Below are positions 25,919-38,055 of a DNA stretch of 64,000 nt, piece after piece. The notes beneath the pieces were generated by a model. It saw only the letters and a list, made by a program, of their open reading frames with translations, ran no database searches and was not told where the DNA came from. This DNA comes from Takakia lepidozioides (taxonomy: Eukaryota > Plantae > Bryophyta). The stretch is taken from contig CM060734.1 of assembly GCA_030704615.1 (NCBI GenBank), positions 34,844,001 to 34,908,000 of the forward strand, read 5' to 3'. Position numbers and translations under genes: made by a program. The first letter of the stretch is position 1. Each line of letters starts with the position of its first letter.

Positions 25919-27175
25919 TGTTATTCAGATCTACTAATTCTATGATATCCAGTTATTATGTATAGGTGGAGAGGGCATGACAAATCCGAGAAGTGGATTG
26001 GTCGATACCCACAAACTATGTTGACGATTAAAACCGAATTCATATCCACTTATGAATGTCGGAGACCGGTTTTCAATGGGATTTGGATAATGTTAAGAAT
26101 ATAAGAGAGAGAGAGAGAGAGAGAGGTAGAGGAGGGGGGGGAAAAAAAAGGGTGGGAAGGGGCGAGGGGGGATGACTGAGCAGCTGCTGCTGCTCAGTAC
26201 CATCTCACCATATTTTCCTTACTTGTGTGATCCTGGGTTCAATCCTTGAACATGTATTTTCAACCGTCCATGGGCCCCTCGATGGCCTGTGTATTCCGCA
26301 GTAGGTTCAGTAAATTCATTGGACGTTAACCCCTAAAGGACGAGAGGTGTTTTTTTAGTTTTTGGACAATTCCGGGACCCACCCTCACACGTCAGCGGCT
26401 ACCTGCCCACTAACGTTCATCCACGTGGAAGAACCATACAAACTGCTCTTTACCTACCAGATGCACAAGCCCCCCAAATCTGGGGAGATTCCACCCTGTA
26501 GTTTGGGAGGCCAAGAACTACACAAGCTTGCCCAAGAATTTCTCAAAAATTCCCTAAATTGCATTTGGGATGTGGGATTTTGTGAAATTTCCGGCCTCCT
26601 CCAGGTCAGGCAATCGGTGGCCCGAATTTTGCCTGTATCCGGCGACGTTTTCCGGGCCACGACGAGGTTTCCCATTGTTTGCCAGGGCCAGCTCATTCGA
26701 GCCGTCCCCTGTTCCTCGGCGTTTTGGGGAGGGCCTCATAGGCACCCGAATCCAACCCATGCATGCCCCACGCCGCAAAATCCCACCCGCGTGGCCGCTG
26801 CCACCTGCCACGTCGACGGTCAACCGCCGTGCCCCCCCCCCCCCCCCCCTCCTCCACCCAAAATCCTGCAATTCCCAAACTTCAAAAAATTTCTGACGGC
26901 TGAGTTTTTCTCTGGTGGGGGCGCCATAAAGACCTGTGTGTGCAGCTCGTTCTGCGCTACATTTTTCGTTCAAGCCGCTCGTTCATCGGACTTCATCCGT
27001 GCTTGCTACGGATGGATGAAAACCGGGCCGACCGATTCGGGTCGGCTCGTTGTTTAGAGGTTAAAGAAACTTTATCTTTTATCTTGGGCAAGGACCTCTG
27101 CACACTCCATTGCTGCTGCATGCTCCATTCCTCATCCATATATGCATGTTATGGTTAAATTTTTCCACGATTTTT

Positions 27176-30100
27176 TTAATATGATATCAATCTATGAATT
27201 AGGTTGTTTGTTTTGTTTTGTTTTGTTTCGTTTTGTTTTGTCACGTTGAGATGTCCCAAACTGCAAGGCCCCAGCCCTTGTGCTTGGTACCGTTGGGAAG
27301 CCCTCGACGAGGAGGGGTGCACGGGCTTGGTCTCATGATTTTTGGACATGCAGTGTGGGAGATACGGAATTCCAAGTACTTTTGGTCGCTGAAAATTCAC
27401 AAAAAATAGCAAAAATGGCAAAGTGGGCATTCCTGGGACAATGGTTGGAGCCTTGACGGGAGAGCACTTGGACACTTGGGCCTGGACATGGGAGATGCAC
27501 TTGGATACAAAATATTGGTCCAAAAATCATGAGACCAAGCCGGTGCACCCCTCCTCACTGAGGGCTTTCCAACGGCACCAAGCACCCGCGCTGGCCGCGG
27601 TTTGGGAGATCTCAACGACGCTACAAAACAAAACAAAACAAAGCAAACGTCTCACTTCATATATTGACTAGGGTAGCTTGTGCCGTTAGGCCCAAGTGTC
27701 CAATGTCATCCAAGTCCAAATGCAATCCCATACGTATCTAGAGACAGGTCTCCTGTTTGGGAGATCTAGGCCTAGGGTAGCCTGTGCCATTGGCCCATGT
27801 GCGATCTCATATGTATCCAAGTGCTTCTTCCATGTAGAGGCACCAAGTGCGACCTCCAATGTCCAATGTCATATAAGTCCAAGTGCAATCCCCTATGCAT
27901 CCACAGACCCTACAGTTGGGGAGATCTCCACGTCATTGGTCCAACAAAGCCCACTTTGCTATTTTTGCAATCTCCCTTGTCGAGGCTTAATATATTGATA
28001 TATCCACTTTGTTATTTTTTCCAGCGACCAAAAGGACTTGAAATTCCAAATCTCCCACGTGAAGGGCCAATCATTGCTCTAGGAAAGCCCACTTTGCTAT
28101 TTTTGAGAATTTCCAGTGACCAAAATTACTTGAATTCCATATTTCCCACACCGCCAGTCCAAAAATCATGAGACCAAGCCGGTGCACCCCTTCTCATCGA
28201 GGGCTTTCCAATGGCACCAAGCACCAGTGCCCGCAGTTTGGGAGATCTCAACGACACTACAAACAAAACAAACAAAACAAAGCAAACATCTTGCTTCATG
28301 TATTGATTGGACACTTGGGCCAATGGCACATGTTTTGTACCCTTGAGATGACCCAAACCGCGAGGCCCCAACGTTGGTGCTTGGTCACGTTGGAAAGCCC
28401 TCGACAAGGAGGGGTGCACGGGCTTGGTCTCACAATTTTTGGACCTGCGATGTGGGAGATGTGGATTTTCAAGTACTTTGGGTCGCTGGAAATTCCCCCA
28501 AAATAGCAAAATGGGAATTCCTGGGACAATGGTGGGACCCTCGACATGAGAGATATCAAGGGAAAGGTCTCCGGTTCAAATCTGGTCGTGGAAAAAAAAA
28601 TGATCAGATATGGCTTGCTTCATATATTAATGCACTTGGATTTAGATGACATTGGACACTTGGGCCAACGACACGGCTACCCTAGTACTAAAATTAAATA
28701 TAAATCAATATATGAATCGAGACGTTTATTTTGTTTTGTCACATTGAGACTAGGGTAGCCTGTGCCGTTGGCCCAAGTGTCCACTGTCATCTAAGTCCAA
28801 GTGCATCAATATATGAAGCAAGCCATATCCAATCACCTTTCCCTTGATATCTCCAAGTGCTATCCCCTATATATCCAAGTGTGTCTCCTATGTTGAGGCT
28901 CAAATGCGACCTCTAGGGTAGCTTGTGCCGTTGGCCCAAATTCCTAGTGTCATCTAAGAGCATCCCCACCCTACAGTGAACCCAGCACGCAACGGAACAT
29001 GAGGGTATGGTGGGCGGGAAACGTCCCCACCCATGCACTGAACCCTATATCCCGTGAAAAGCTCGCACTAAATATCGTTCCGTGCATTGAACCCGAGTGC
29101 TGTATTCTACGCACAGAACTGAACCCTATATCCCGTGAAAAGCTCGCACTAAATATCGTTCCGTGCATTGAACCCGAGTGCTGTATTCTACGCACAGAAA
29201 ACGTCCCTGAATCCAAGTCAACTGACCAAGCGCGTGCGTGTCAGCATCTTGGCGGAGATCTCGCCCCTTCCGGCCAATGGCAGGCGAGGTGCGTGGGGAT
29301 GGCGTAGGCGATTTAGGGACAAGGGTGTGCGCGAGTGGGGCTGCCGCGCCACATAACCCAGCAGGCACTGAATCGATGACACTATCTTTTGTGGTAAAGG
29401 GAGTTTTTCAGGCTCAAGGGTGGTGATGCTCTAAGCCCAAGTAGCCCAAGTGCAAGATCTCATATGTATCCTAGTGTATCTCCTAAGTTGCGGGGCAGCC
29501 CTAGTGCTTGGTGCCGTCGGAAAGCCCTTGATGAGGAGGGGTGCACGGGCTTGGTCTCAGAATTTTTGGACCTGCGGTGTGGGAGATGTGGAATTTCAAG
29601 TACTTTTGGTCGTTGGAAACTCCCGGAAAATAGCAAAGTGGGCTTTCCTTGGACAATGATTGGAGCCTCAACAGGAGAGATACCTAGGAAAAGGTCTCCG
29701 GTTCAAATCTGGTCGTAGGTTCTGTGGAAAAAAAATGATTAGACTTAGATGACTTAGATGACATTGGACACTTGGGCCAACGATATATCAATATGATTGG
29801 ATATATTACTACTCAATAAATTCATGGAAAGAAATAAATGGGGCCTTGACATGGGAGCTGTACTTGGATATATAGGAGATTGCATACTGGGCTTAGATGG
29901 CCTCCACATATGAGACACATTGGAGACGCCCTTGGATACAAAGGATATGACACTGGGGCTTAGATGACAGTGGATAATTGGGCCTCTACATGGGACATGC
30001 ACTTGGATACATAGAAGATTGCGCTTCGGCTTAGATGGGCCTCGACATAAGAGACGAACATGGGAGACGCCGTTGGATACATAGAAAATTGCACTTGGTC

Positions 30101-30650
30101 TTATTATATATCAATTCTTCACACATGGGCCAACAACATAACGTCACACTTGGGCCTCGACATAGAAGACGCATTGGGTCTTAGATTTCTATTCTTCACA
30201 CATGGGCCAACGGCATAGGCCACCCTAGAGGTCACACTTGCGCCTTGATATAGGATATGCAATGGGATACATAGATACATAGGAGATCTTGCACTTGGGC
30301 TTAGATGACATTGGACACTTGGGCCAACGACACATTCTATCCTATAGGTCGCACTTGGGCCTTGACATAGGGGATGCACTTGGATACATAGGAGATTGCA
30401 CTTGGGCTTAGATGACACTGGACACTTGGGCCAACGGCACAGGCTACCTTGGTCAGTATATGAAGCTAGGTAGTTAGTTTGTTAGTTTGTTAATTTTGTT
30501 TAGTTTTGTTTGTTTTGTAGCGTTGAGATCTCCCAAACCGCGGCCCCAGCCCTGGTGCCTGACTGGAAACGATTGGAGCCTTAACGGGAGATATATCAAT
30601 AATGTTTGGATACATTACTACTCGATAACTTCATGGAGAAAATAAATCAG
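27176..30650. repeat. Modular fold-back repeat array (direct and inverted copies of 100-250 bp modules plus a CACTTGGGC/TTAGATGAC satellite)
   Basis: The module ...GAGGAGGGGTGCACGGGCTTGGTCTCA... occurs on + at about 27310, 28405 and 29535 and on - at about 27530 and 28170. Inverted pairs: 27205-27350/27517-27650, 28070-28290/28320-28540 and 28607-28686/28748-28829. Confidence 0.85.
28958..29431. mobile_element. PIF/Harbinger (Tourist-like) MITE, copy 2, nested in the fold-back array
   Basis: TIRs GAGCATCCCCACCCT / AGGGTGGTGATGCTC with TAA TSD (28955-28957, 29432-29434). Removing it restores the host motif GTCATCTAAGCCCAAGT. Perfect internal 81-bp tandem duplication at 29038-29118/29119-29199. 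Confidence 0.9.
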
Positions 30651-31894
30651 GGTTTGACTGCCATTTGAAACTAAAAACCCTGGGTGACATCCCACATATT
30701 TGTGGTGCAACTGCTAATAAGGTGATCTTGTGCCTTGACTGCAGGACAATCCAGCAGATGCTCTTTGAAAATCAACTCATCCACCATTTGGGGGTCAAAT
30801 GCCCGCTGGTCGAGTTCTTGGCACACCTGACACATGGATTCCAGAAATGGATACTTCCAATACCACTTACAAGTGGACTGAGAAGGATTGCTGATCTACA
30901 ACATCTGGCAATTATTAGCTTAAATTTTTGTTCATGGCTGCACCTTCGCAAACCTATACAGGATAAGAAATCAACTGAATACCCACAGAACTAAAATAAA
31001 AGATGTTTGGGTTCATAGAACCTGGGATGTTGGTCACTCTGCACGCCGGCCACCACCACATGCTTTGAAAAATACTTGTCTACAGGATGTCGGCAAATTA
31101 GGCCAAATTAAGAATCACATTCCAATTTCTTCACAAACATGTAAGTAAACAACTGAAAGCTCCATATCATCAGATTGATGGCCTCCCAGACTACAAAGAA
31201 TGAGCTCCATGAAACAGAATACTTCTGTCTTGTGTTGTTCATTTAGTGTAATAGACACCCCCTCTTAAAATGGGGTAATTGAAATTGGTATGGAAGAACT
31301 AGAGAAGGTTAACAACTTGCTCGCAAGAACACTTCGCGGTTACGGTACATGGAGCCAGACTGTGAGAACAATCCCTCCTTCAGGGTCTGTCCTCTCTTCT
31401 CTATCAATCAGCATCTGCCAGTCAGCAACATCCATATCCCTGACATTCAATGCACAAACCTTTTAGTGTGTGAAGCTAACTCTCCTTTCCCCTCTACCCT
31501 TTTGCATGGCAGTGATACCAATCCGACAACTGTCAACAATGTCTCATTCAAACAGAAAGAGACAGGTAGAGGGGCTGGTACAAGCAGGCTACAGAATGTC
31601 CATCTGACCTTGTGATTTCTAATATGACTTAATGCAAAGTCTCGAAATCAACACCAAACCCTTACCAGTTTGTCGTCAGCTACGCATGGAGGCTATGACA
31701 ACTTCAAGCTGGGTTTCATAACCTGGTGGCCAGCTTCGAGGGGATAGAATGTGGCACAGAAAGCTCCCTCTAGAGTGTACTTGACAAACTAAAGTGACGG
31801 GTAAGTGCACATCTGTTCCCCCCGTCCCCCAAAATGAGCACAGATAATCTGACAATCATTTGGGACATACCGGTCAAAATTGGATGTACAGACT

Positions 31895-34800
31895 TTACTG
31901 GAACATCCGAGCATAGGCTTTCTTCTCTTTCACGTGGCGCTCTGCAATCTGTTAAAGGTAACAACCCCAAAAATTAGCTTCCATCAAATGACAATTGTTA
32001 CCTCCTTTACCCAGTGTAAACTGGCCTGTATTTGAGTCCTTGCAAGTTGCACTTGCACTGTTACTGTTTATACTCAACTTGCAACTACTCTATGTACAGC
32101 ATGACCTGCACAAGAAAGAAGACACTGGTAGGAGGAAGATACTACGTCCAACCTACCCAATGGGAGCAGAGAGCTGCATTCTCTGGTGACACCCATATCT
32201 AAAGCTCCAGCAGCCCCTCAAATGTTCCAAAGACTGAAAGTCCCAATAGTCTACTCCCAATCTTACAAGCCATAAATGATAGCAAAACAAGAGTAATAGA
32301 GAGCAACATGCAGCCATAAAGGTTGCATCAACCCCAAAAAGACTAGCTAGTTGAGAGTTGTGGGTGTTCAGATCTGGGAACCCAGTAGTGCTGCAAGCCA
32401 ACTGACTCAGTACTATAGAGGGAATATATCCTACGAAACCTTTTGCAAACCTAAACAGTGCTTTTACCTTCTTCTTCACCGCTTGCAGCTCTTTCTTTAT
32501 CCCAGCTGTATGTGTCCCACCCAACAAATCCATAAAATAGTGGTGTGAGACAAAATAAAGATCTAGTCCTGCTTCACAAATCTAATTCGTACATTTACAA
32601 TTAATGCTTTGAGAACAGTTGCTACTTCAAAACTTAAGAACATTTTTGTTTTCATGTCTAGCCCGGTGATAAATTTTCACTGTCTAACAAGGGCAGCAAG
32701 TGCAAGTGAATTGTCCTTCACCCATCTTAAAGATATGGGTCATTGATAAAAACTATATGTCACCTAATACATCCATCAGTGCAATTGTATTGAAGATAAT
32801 GCTACAGTGACCATACGTACTGTCATTAGGTTCTAGTTGTGAGGCTTTTGTGAGGCTAAGCACAGCTGCGTCCACATCATTCAACGCCATCTGAGCCTGA
32901 AGATCGCACAGCCAATAAGTGGTGAGTTGACTCACATCCAAATTGATATGGAAATTAAAATACCTACAAGAGAAAACCTATGATGGAGAGGGTTCCCAGA
33001 AATCCATGTTTTGGCAAGTCTTAAATTCCACCTTTTTGCAGAAGCAAATGGAGAAAAGAAAGTGAACATCATGCAGGTCCAGTATAATCCTGGAACAGAA
33101 GCTTCTGAGCTCAGAGAAGTAGATTATCACAAAAACCCAAGTGGCTCAAATTCCTACATAACCACAGCAGTGTTACTCAAGAAACGTCCATTGAGAGATT
33201 CATACTGCTGGATGAACTTCGTCACAACCCTCAAGCAAACTGCCAGTCTTAAAATGTCAATTTAGAGCGAATTTTCGGTAAGGTCAGTATCCCAAAGAGG
33301 ATGGAACCTGTTTAGTAACAACACAGAACAAGGAATGCACACTTCTCTTGGTGGTAGGCTCTCACCTGGCCTTGACGAAAGAGGGCTTTCACATTGTCAA
33401 TGCCAGTTTGCATTGCATATTCGCAGTCTGCAAGTGCCCCTAGCGCATCCCCTAACTTCAGCTTGCAAGCCTGTAATACCCACATCAGTCGTTAGGGACA
33501 AGGACGACCTCATTTCAAGTAAAGAAAACCCAAAGGGAACAAGCAACAGGAAATCTGAACATAGTCTTCCCAGAGTACACCCAAGACTCATATTACATAT
33601 CTGTTTCTGGTATGTCTCGGTGTGATACAGAGGAGAGGGGGAGAGAAAGAGACTCACAGCACTGTTGGTCAGTATGACAGACTTGGTTTTCCTTAAGTAG
33701 TTGCTTTTGTCTGTCAATGGACAACACCCAAAGTCACTGAAGCTATTTTCCAAGAGATATTGCAGTATGTACACTTTCCAAATGTGAGGTAAATCATCAA
33801 ACGACATGAGCAAACTTGCAAAGAATAATTTGAAGTGACAGATTGTGCCAGATCAATTCAATCTGGATGACAATGAGACAGTGCCCAAGGGTGCTTTTCT
33901 GGAACTGCAGCCTAGAAGCAGAATCGTAGGTTGAATGCAGTACCCTGCTCAGTTCCCTAGGGAGAGGGAGAGGGATAGGGAGAGCACACCTTCATCCAGT
34001 TCCTCTTTCTCCCAGCAGATATCAAGGTATCGAAGTGCCTTGCGATACTTCCGTAAAGCGGTCTTGTAATCGCCTCTCTACACCCCAATGACATTTTGGT
34101 GTAAAGGAGGCTCATACAGCATCCAACTTTCCATTAAACCAGTAATTTGCCATATGGGATAACATTGCTCAATAGAGTTCTGTGGTGATGCACTGAGAAA
34201 CTTCTAAACCATGATGGGCTTGACAGTGTATCCGTCCTTCTACCAGCAAAAAACCTCGAGGGTTATCTGCACTGGATGTAGCCAGATTATAACACCGTAC
34301 ACTATTCTAGCTAGTCATTCCCCTGGAAAGAACTCTGGGAGGAAATATCTTCTTTCTGACTGCGGAAAGAGACCGGGTCAACACCTGGCAAAATGCAATT
34401 CTCTGGGGTTATGACCATAGTCCCCCTAGTCCCCCACAAGTTTTCTACTCAGTTATGTGGCACTACCTTGAAGCAGTCATTGCCAAAGATTTTGGCTGAA
34501 TCAACAGCCGCCATCCACCATGAGGACTCAGCCGGCTGCACATCCAGGTCTGAAGGCCAATCAGGATAGTTGTCTCCATCTTGCGCAAAGCCTGCTATGC
34601 CATACCAGCTCTCTGTAAGGGACTAGTACATTACCCGAACAGGCATCCCAGCCCATTTCAAAGAACTGCCAATAACTTAATACATTACTGGATTCGATGC
34701 ATTATCCCTACTTTTCCATACAGCAGAGTGTGAAACTAGATGAAAAGAAAGTTAACATCTGGACTGTGTATCCTCGTATGCCACTAAAGATAACAAGAAC

Positions 34801-36887
34801 ATCCAGTGGCCATTAGAGCATCCTTCTGGACGCAAGAGAAATAAAAGAGGAATCACCTGCAACACCATCATTGGCACCTTCAGATATCTCGCCAGAATCC
34901 ACAATGAGCACTTCTTGCAATGGACGATCCTGGTCATCAGTACCTTGATGCTCAATTGATCGAAGAATCCCCATGCCCTTCAGAACCTTCCCAAACACTA
35001 CATGCTTCCCATCAAGATGTGGAGTCCGCGTGGTAGTGATGAAGAACTGAGAACCATTGGTGTCCACGCCTGAATTCGCCATTGACATATAACCTCTGCG
35101 CTCATGTTTCAACTGGAAGTTTTCGTCCTCGAATGTTAATCCATAGATGGACTCACCGCCAGTCCCGTCTTGGTTTGAGAAATCTCCACCTTGGATCATA
35201 AATCCTTTGATCACTCTGTGGAAGGGGGTGCCCTGTTGAGAGGTTGACAGAGAGACAGAGACGCAAACAAGAAATCGCGGGGAAGAGAAAGCTGGTCAGT
35301 TAAGAGTCTGGAGTCATCTCACAGCACAAATATGTGGTAAACCCAAAATTAAACCACAAATACGGAGCAGGATCTGTCTGCATTCTGCTATCCAAAGAGT
35401 AACATCATAGCCAAGCTTTCATTCAAACAATCAAATAGTTATTCAAGGCAGTCAAGCCTGGCAACTGACTTAATTTCTCCAAGGAATGAAACAGAGTACT
35501 CTATACATTGTTGAATAATTCAGTGCCCCACCTGTACACCACAATTCAGTTTTACTGGAAATATAACAGCAATGAAAAAATGACATTCAGCTGTGGATGC
35601 CTCCATCATTCCTCACTGATGATTCATACCAAATTAGTCCCACATATTTTTGGGTATATGTTGGGCCATCCATTGCCTCACCTTTTGAGGCAGCTCTAAC
35701 CAAGATTCATGCCATCATTACAGTGTCCCTCAGCTCAATAGAACTTCTTTTACCATTTTGCTGATCTGCAGGCAGATCGAAGCAGGCATCCAGAATAAAC
35801 CCAGAGACAATTCAACGGAAACTTGACTAGTCCCGGTCACTAACCAACTCGACCATCTTTCTTGATTCACCACTTGATATTCAGACACGCAAATCTTATT
35901 CATCTATTGGTCTCCTGTGGGAGACCAGGCAGCCGATCCTTTGATCTTTAAGAACTCAACAATTTACAGACCTTAAGCATACCAGAAAATCCACAGGAAA
36001 GATGAGGCATGCAGTGTGGACCCATACTATCACAACAACAGTTGCACTCCAGGTGCAAGATGAACAGCTCCACTCGGAGGAGGACGAGGAATAGATGGCA
36101 CTATGTTTTCTTGGGGATGCTGGAGGATTGATGAGAGCGCCACGGGGAGGCTTCAGGCAACTTTGCCCATGTAGTAACGCTCCCTTGAGCCTGGAATGTG
36201 ACAGGCCCAAATGCAGTTGCACCATCCGATAACGAGTTTCCGAGTACAAAAATCAGCCCCGCTGATGTGACTCCGAGGCATCACCAGGTTCTTGTCCTAC
36301 TACCCAAGGCTTATGTTTAAATGCGGCAGCGATATCCTTTCTTGTGTGATTTCAAAGACAATGACGCGACAGCTCAAATAGACATTCCTTCAACCGTCTA
36401 CCCCAATCTTTGTCAGCTCTACACAAGCGCTGCGATATCGTCTGATTTTCACATCCACAACCCCGCAACTGCTCCAGCACAAACAACGAACTCCGCCTCA
36501 AAGCACGAGCGTGAAGCACTGCTTGTGAAAGCTTCATCCACTAAAAAGCACGAAGGAAACAAACCATGTCCGAATCAAGAAACCAGTAGAATTCAGGGGC
36601 ACCCTTAAAGAATTAGCCACTGACAGCTGAATCCGCCACTGACCGAGTCCACCACTCTAAAAAAAAGACGTCAAGAAGAGCATCAAGCAATGAAAATCAG
36701 GAGACTCCTAACATACTTTATAATGAAGAGGGATGCCCGTGGACGGACCAATGCCCCTCTCGCCGGTGCAAAGAGCCCTGAAATTCTCTGCCGTCTTTGG
36801 AACCACATCTGCAAAGAGCTCCATAACAATGCGCCCTTCAAGGTATCCCCCAATGCTTATGTCGAAAAACACTCGTGGATTAGCCAT
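31895..36887 (-). CDS. CYP40: Cyclophilin-40 peptidyl-prolyl cis-trans isomerase with TPR domain (SQUINT orthologue), 9 coding exons
   Basis: Exons 36887-36717, 35232-34857, 34591-34467, 34077-33990, 33710-33658, 33470-33366, 32896-32821, 32505-32468 and 31948-31895, all GT-AG and phase-consistent. Motifs [37 protein letters not shown] region GNDCFK...KALFRQGQ, and C-terminus [10 protein letters not shown]. Confidence 0.95.
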
Positions 36888-37643
36888 CACTGATAAATGC
36901 TTACCCGCCCTTTGAATATCCCCTCCTTCCACAATTTCTCTCTCTCTCTCTCTCTCCCTCTCACGCGCGCACACACCCACACACCAACTCAGAGAAAACT
37001 CCAGATACCGATAAACCCCTTCTCTAGAATACGTATCTCTTTTATTTCTTGCCTTCTTGGCTCTTCTTGATCAAGTTTTCCCAATCTCCGATCACTTGCG
37101 AAAGTCTCTCCAACCGACATCCGTCCCTCTCCCCCCCCCCCTCACTCCCCACAAGCTCAAACGCCAAGCTATCGTCCGTGAATCCTTACTGGCAGCTGCT
37201 CTTCTAGAACTAGCTCGGCATGGAGAGCAGCAGCAGCTGTGAGAGAAGGCGGAGGCGACCCCACCATCTCCTTTTAGGGTAACTCCCGCCCCGCCCCCGC
37301 CCACGTGTGTGTTTTCACACGACTGTTACCCTGCCATCCTGCCACGGTAACTCGGATGGCGCCGTCGTCGTCACTCGTCACTCTTTGCACGCGCCAAAAA
37401 GCGACGCGCGCGGCGACCGCGGAACGTGGTCCTTTGGTACCGCGCCGCCTCTTTCACATCCGCGGATCGGCGGCCGTTACTCCCCAACCCAGCCGTCGCT
37501 TCGCCTCCATCCACCATCATGGATGGTTCTGTCCATTTTGACGACGACTGGAAAACATTCATTCCAGTGCTGTGGCGGGGCCTGCACCCGCCATTATGGT
37601 GGCTCGGGAGTCAGCTCGCCCTCCGGGCCCGCTTAAGTAGTGA

Positions 37644-37688
37644 GTTGATTGTTTCACCAGTAATCCCCACAAGAACAAACCCCATCTT
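37644..37688 (-). repeat. Exact 45-bp duplicate of the DYW C-terminus, stop codon and start of the 3' UTR
   Basis: Identical to 38046-38090, encoding [10 protein letters not shown] plus 10 nt of 3' flank. Confidence 0.9.
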
Positions 37689-38055
37689 CTAACTGGTACA
37701 AACACATTTGTCTTGGCGTTCAAAGGGCAAGAATTGCATGTAGTTCATGAAAGGACCCAAGTGGGGTGACTGTACAAACGGGTAAAACTATCCCCAAGAG
37801 GAGATACAAAATCTCATAGGGATGTCACTCCTTGCTTAGTTTTTTGCGACAGGAAGAGGCTCTTATTTACGCTAACTTGGGTTGACGCCATATATATATA
37901 TATATATCTGCTAGGAAGCGAATTGAACAATGTGGACTTTCATTTTTCCAAAATCGCCATAGGGGTCACATGTAAGTTTTATTCAGCGCCCATAGTTTAT
38001 TATGCGCCCATAAGGAGCGGAAGCAGCACTAGTTCTGCCATGCATGTTGATTGTT

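Noticed and set aside
26190-26250. tRNA gene
   Set aside because: Only a B-box-like GGTTCAATCC is present, with no cloverleaf.
26362-27057. 231-aa GC-rich ORF with poly-Pro
   Set aside because: No recognisable domain, a non-ATG start, and ORFs in several frames as expected for GC-rich DNA with a poly-C run.
28971-29307. ORFs with a repeated 27-aa unit
   Set aside because: They are translations of the 81-bp duplication inside a non-coding MITE.
27176-30650. CRISPR-like or protein-coding interpretation of the repeat array
   Set aside because: Repeats vary in length and orientation, there are no unique regular spacers or cas genes, and the context is eukaryotic. The ORFs are short products of the repeats.
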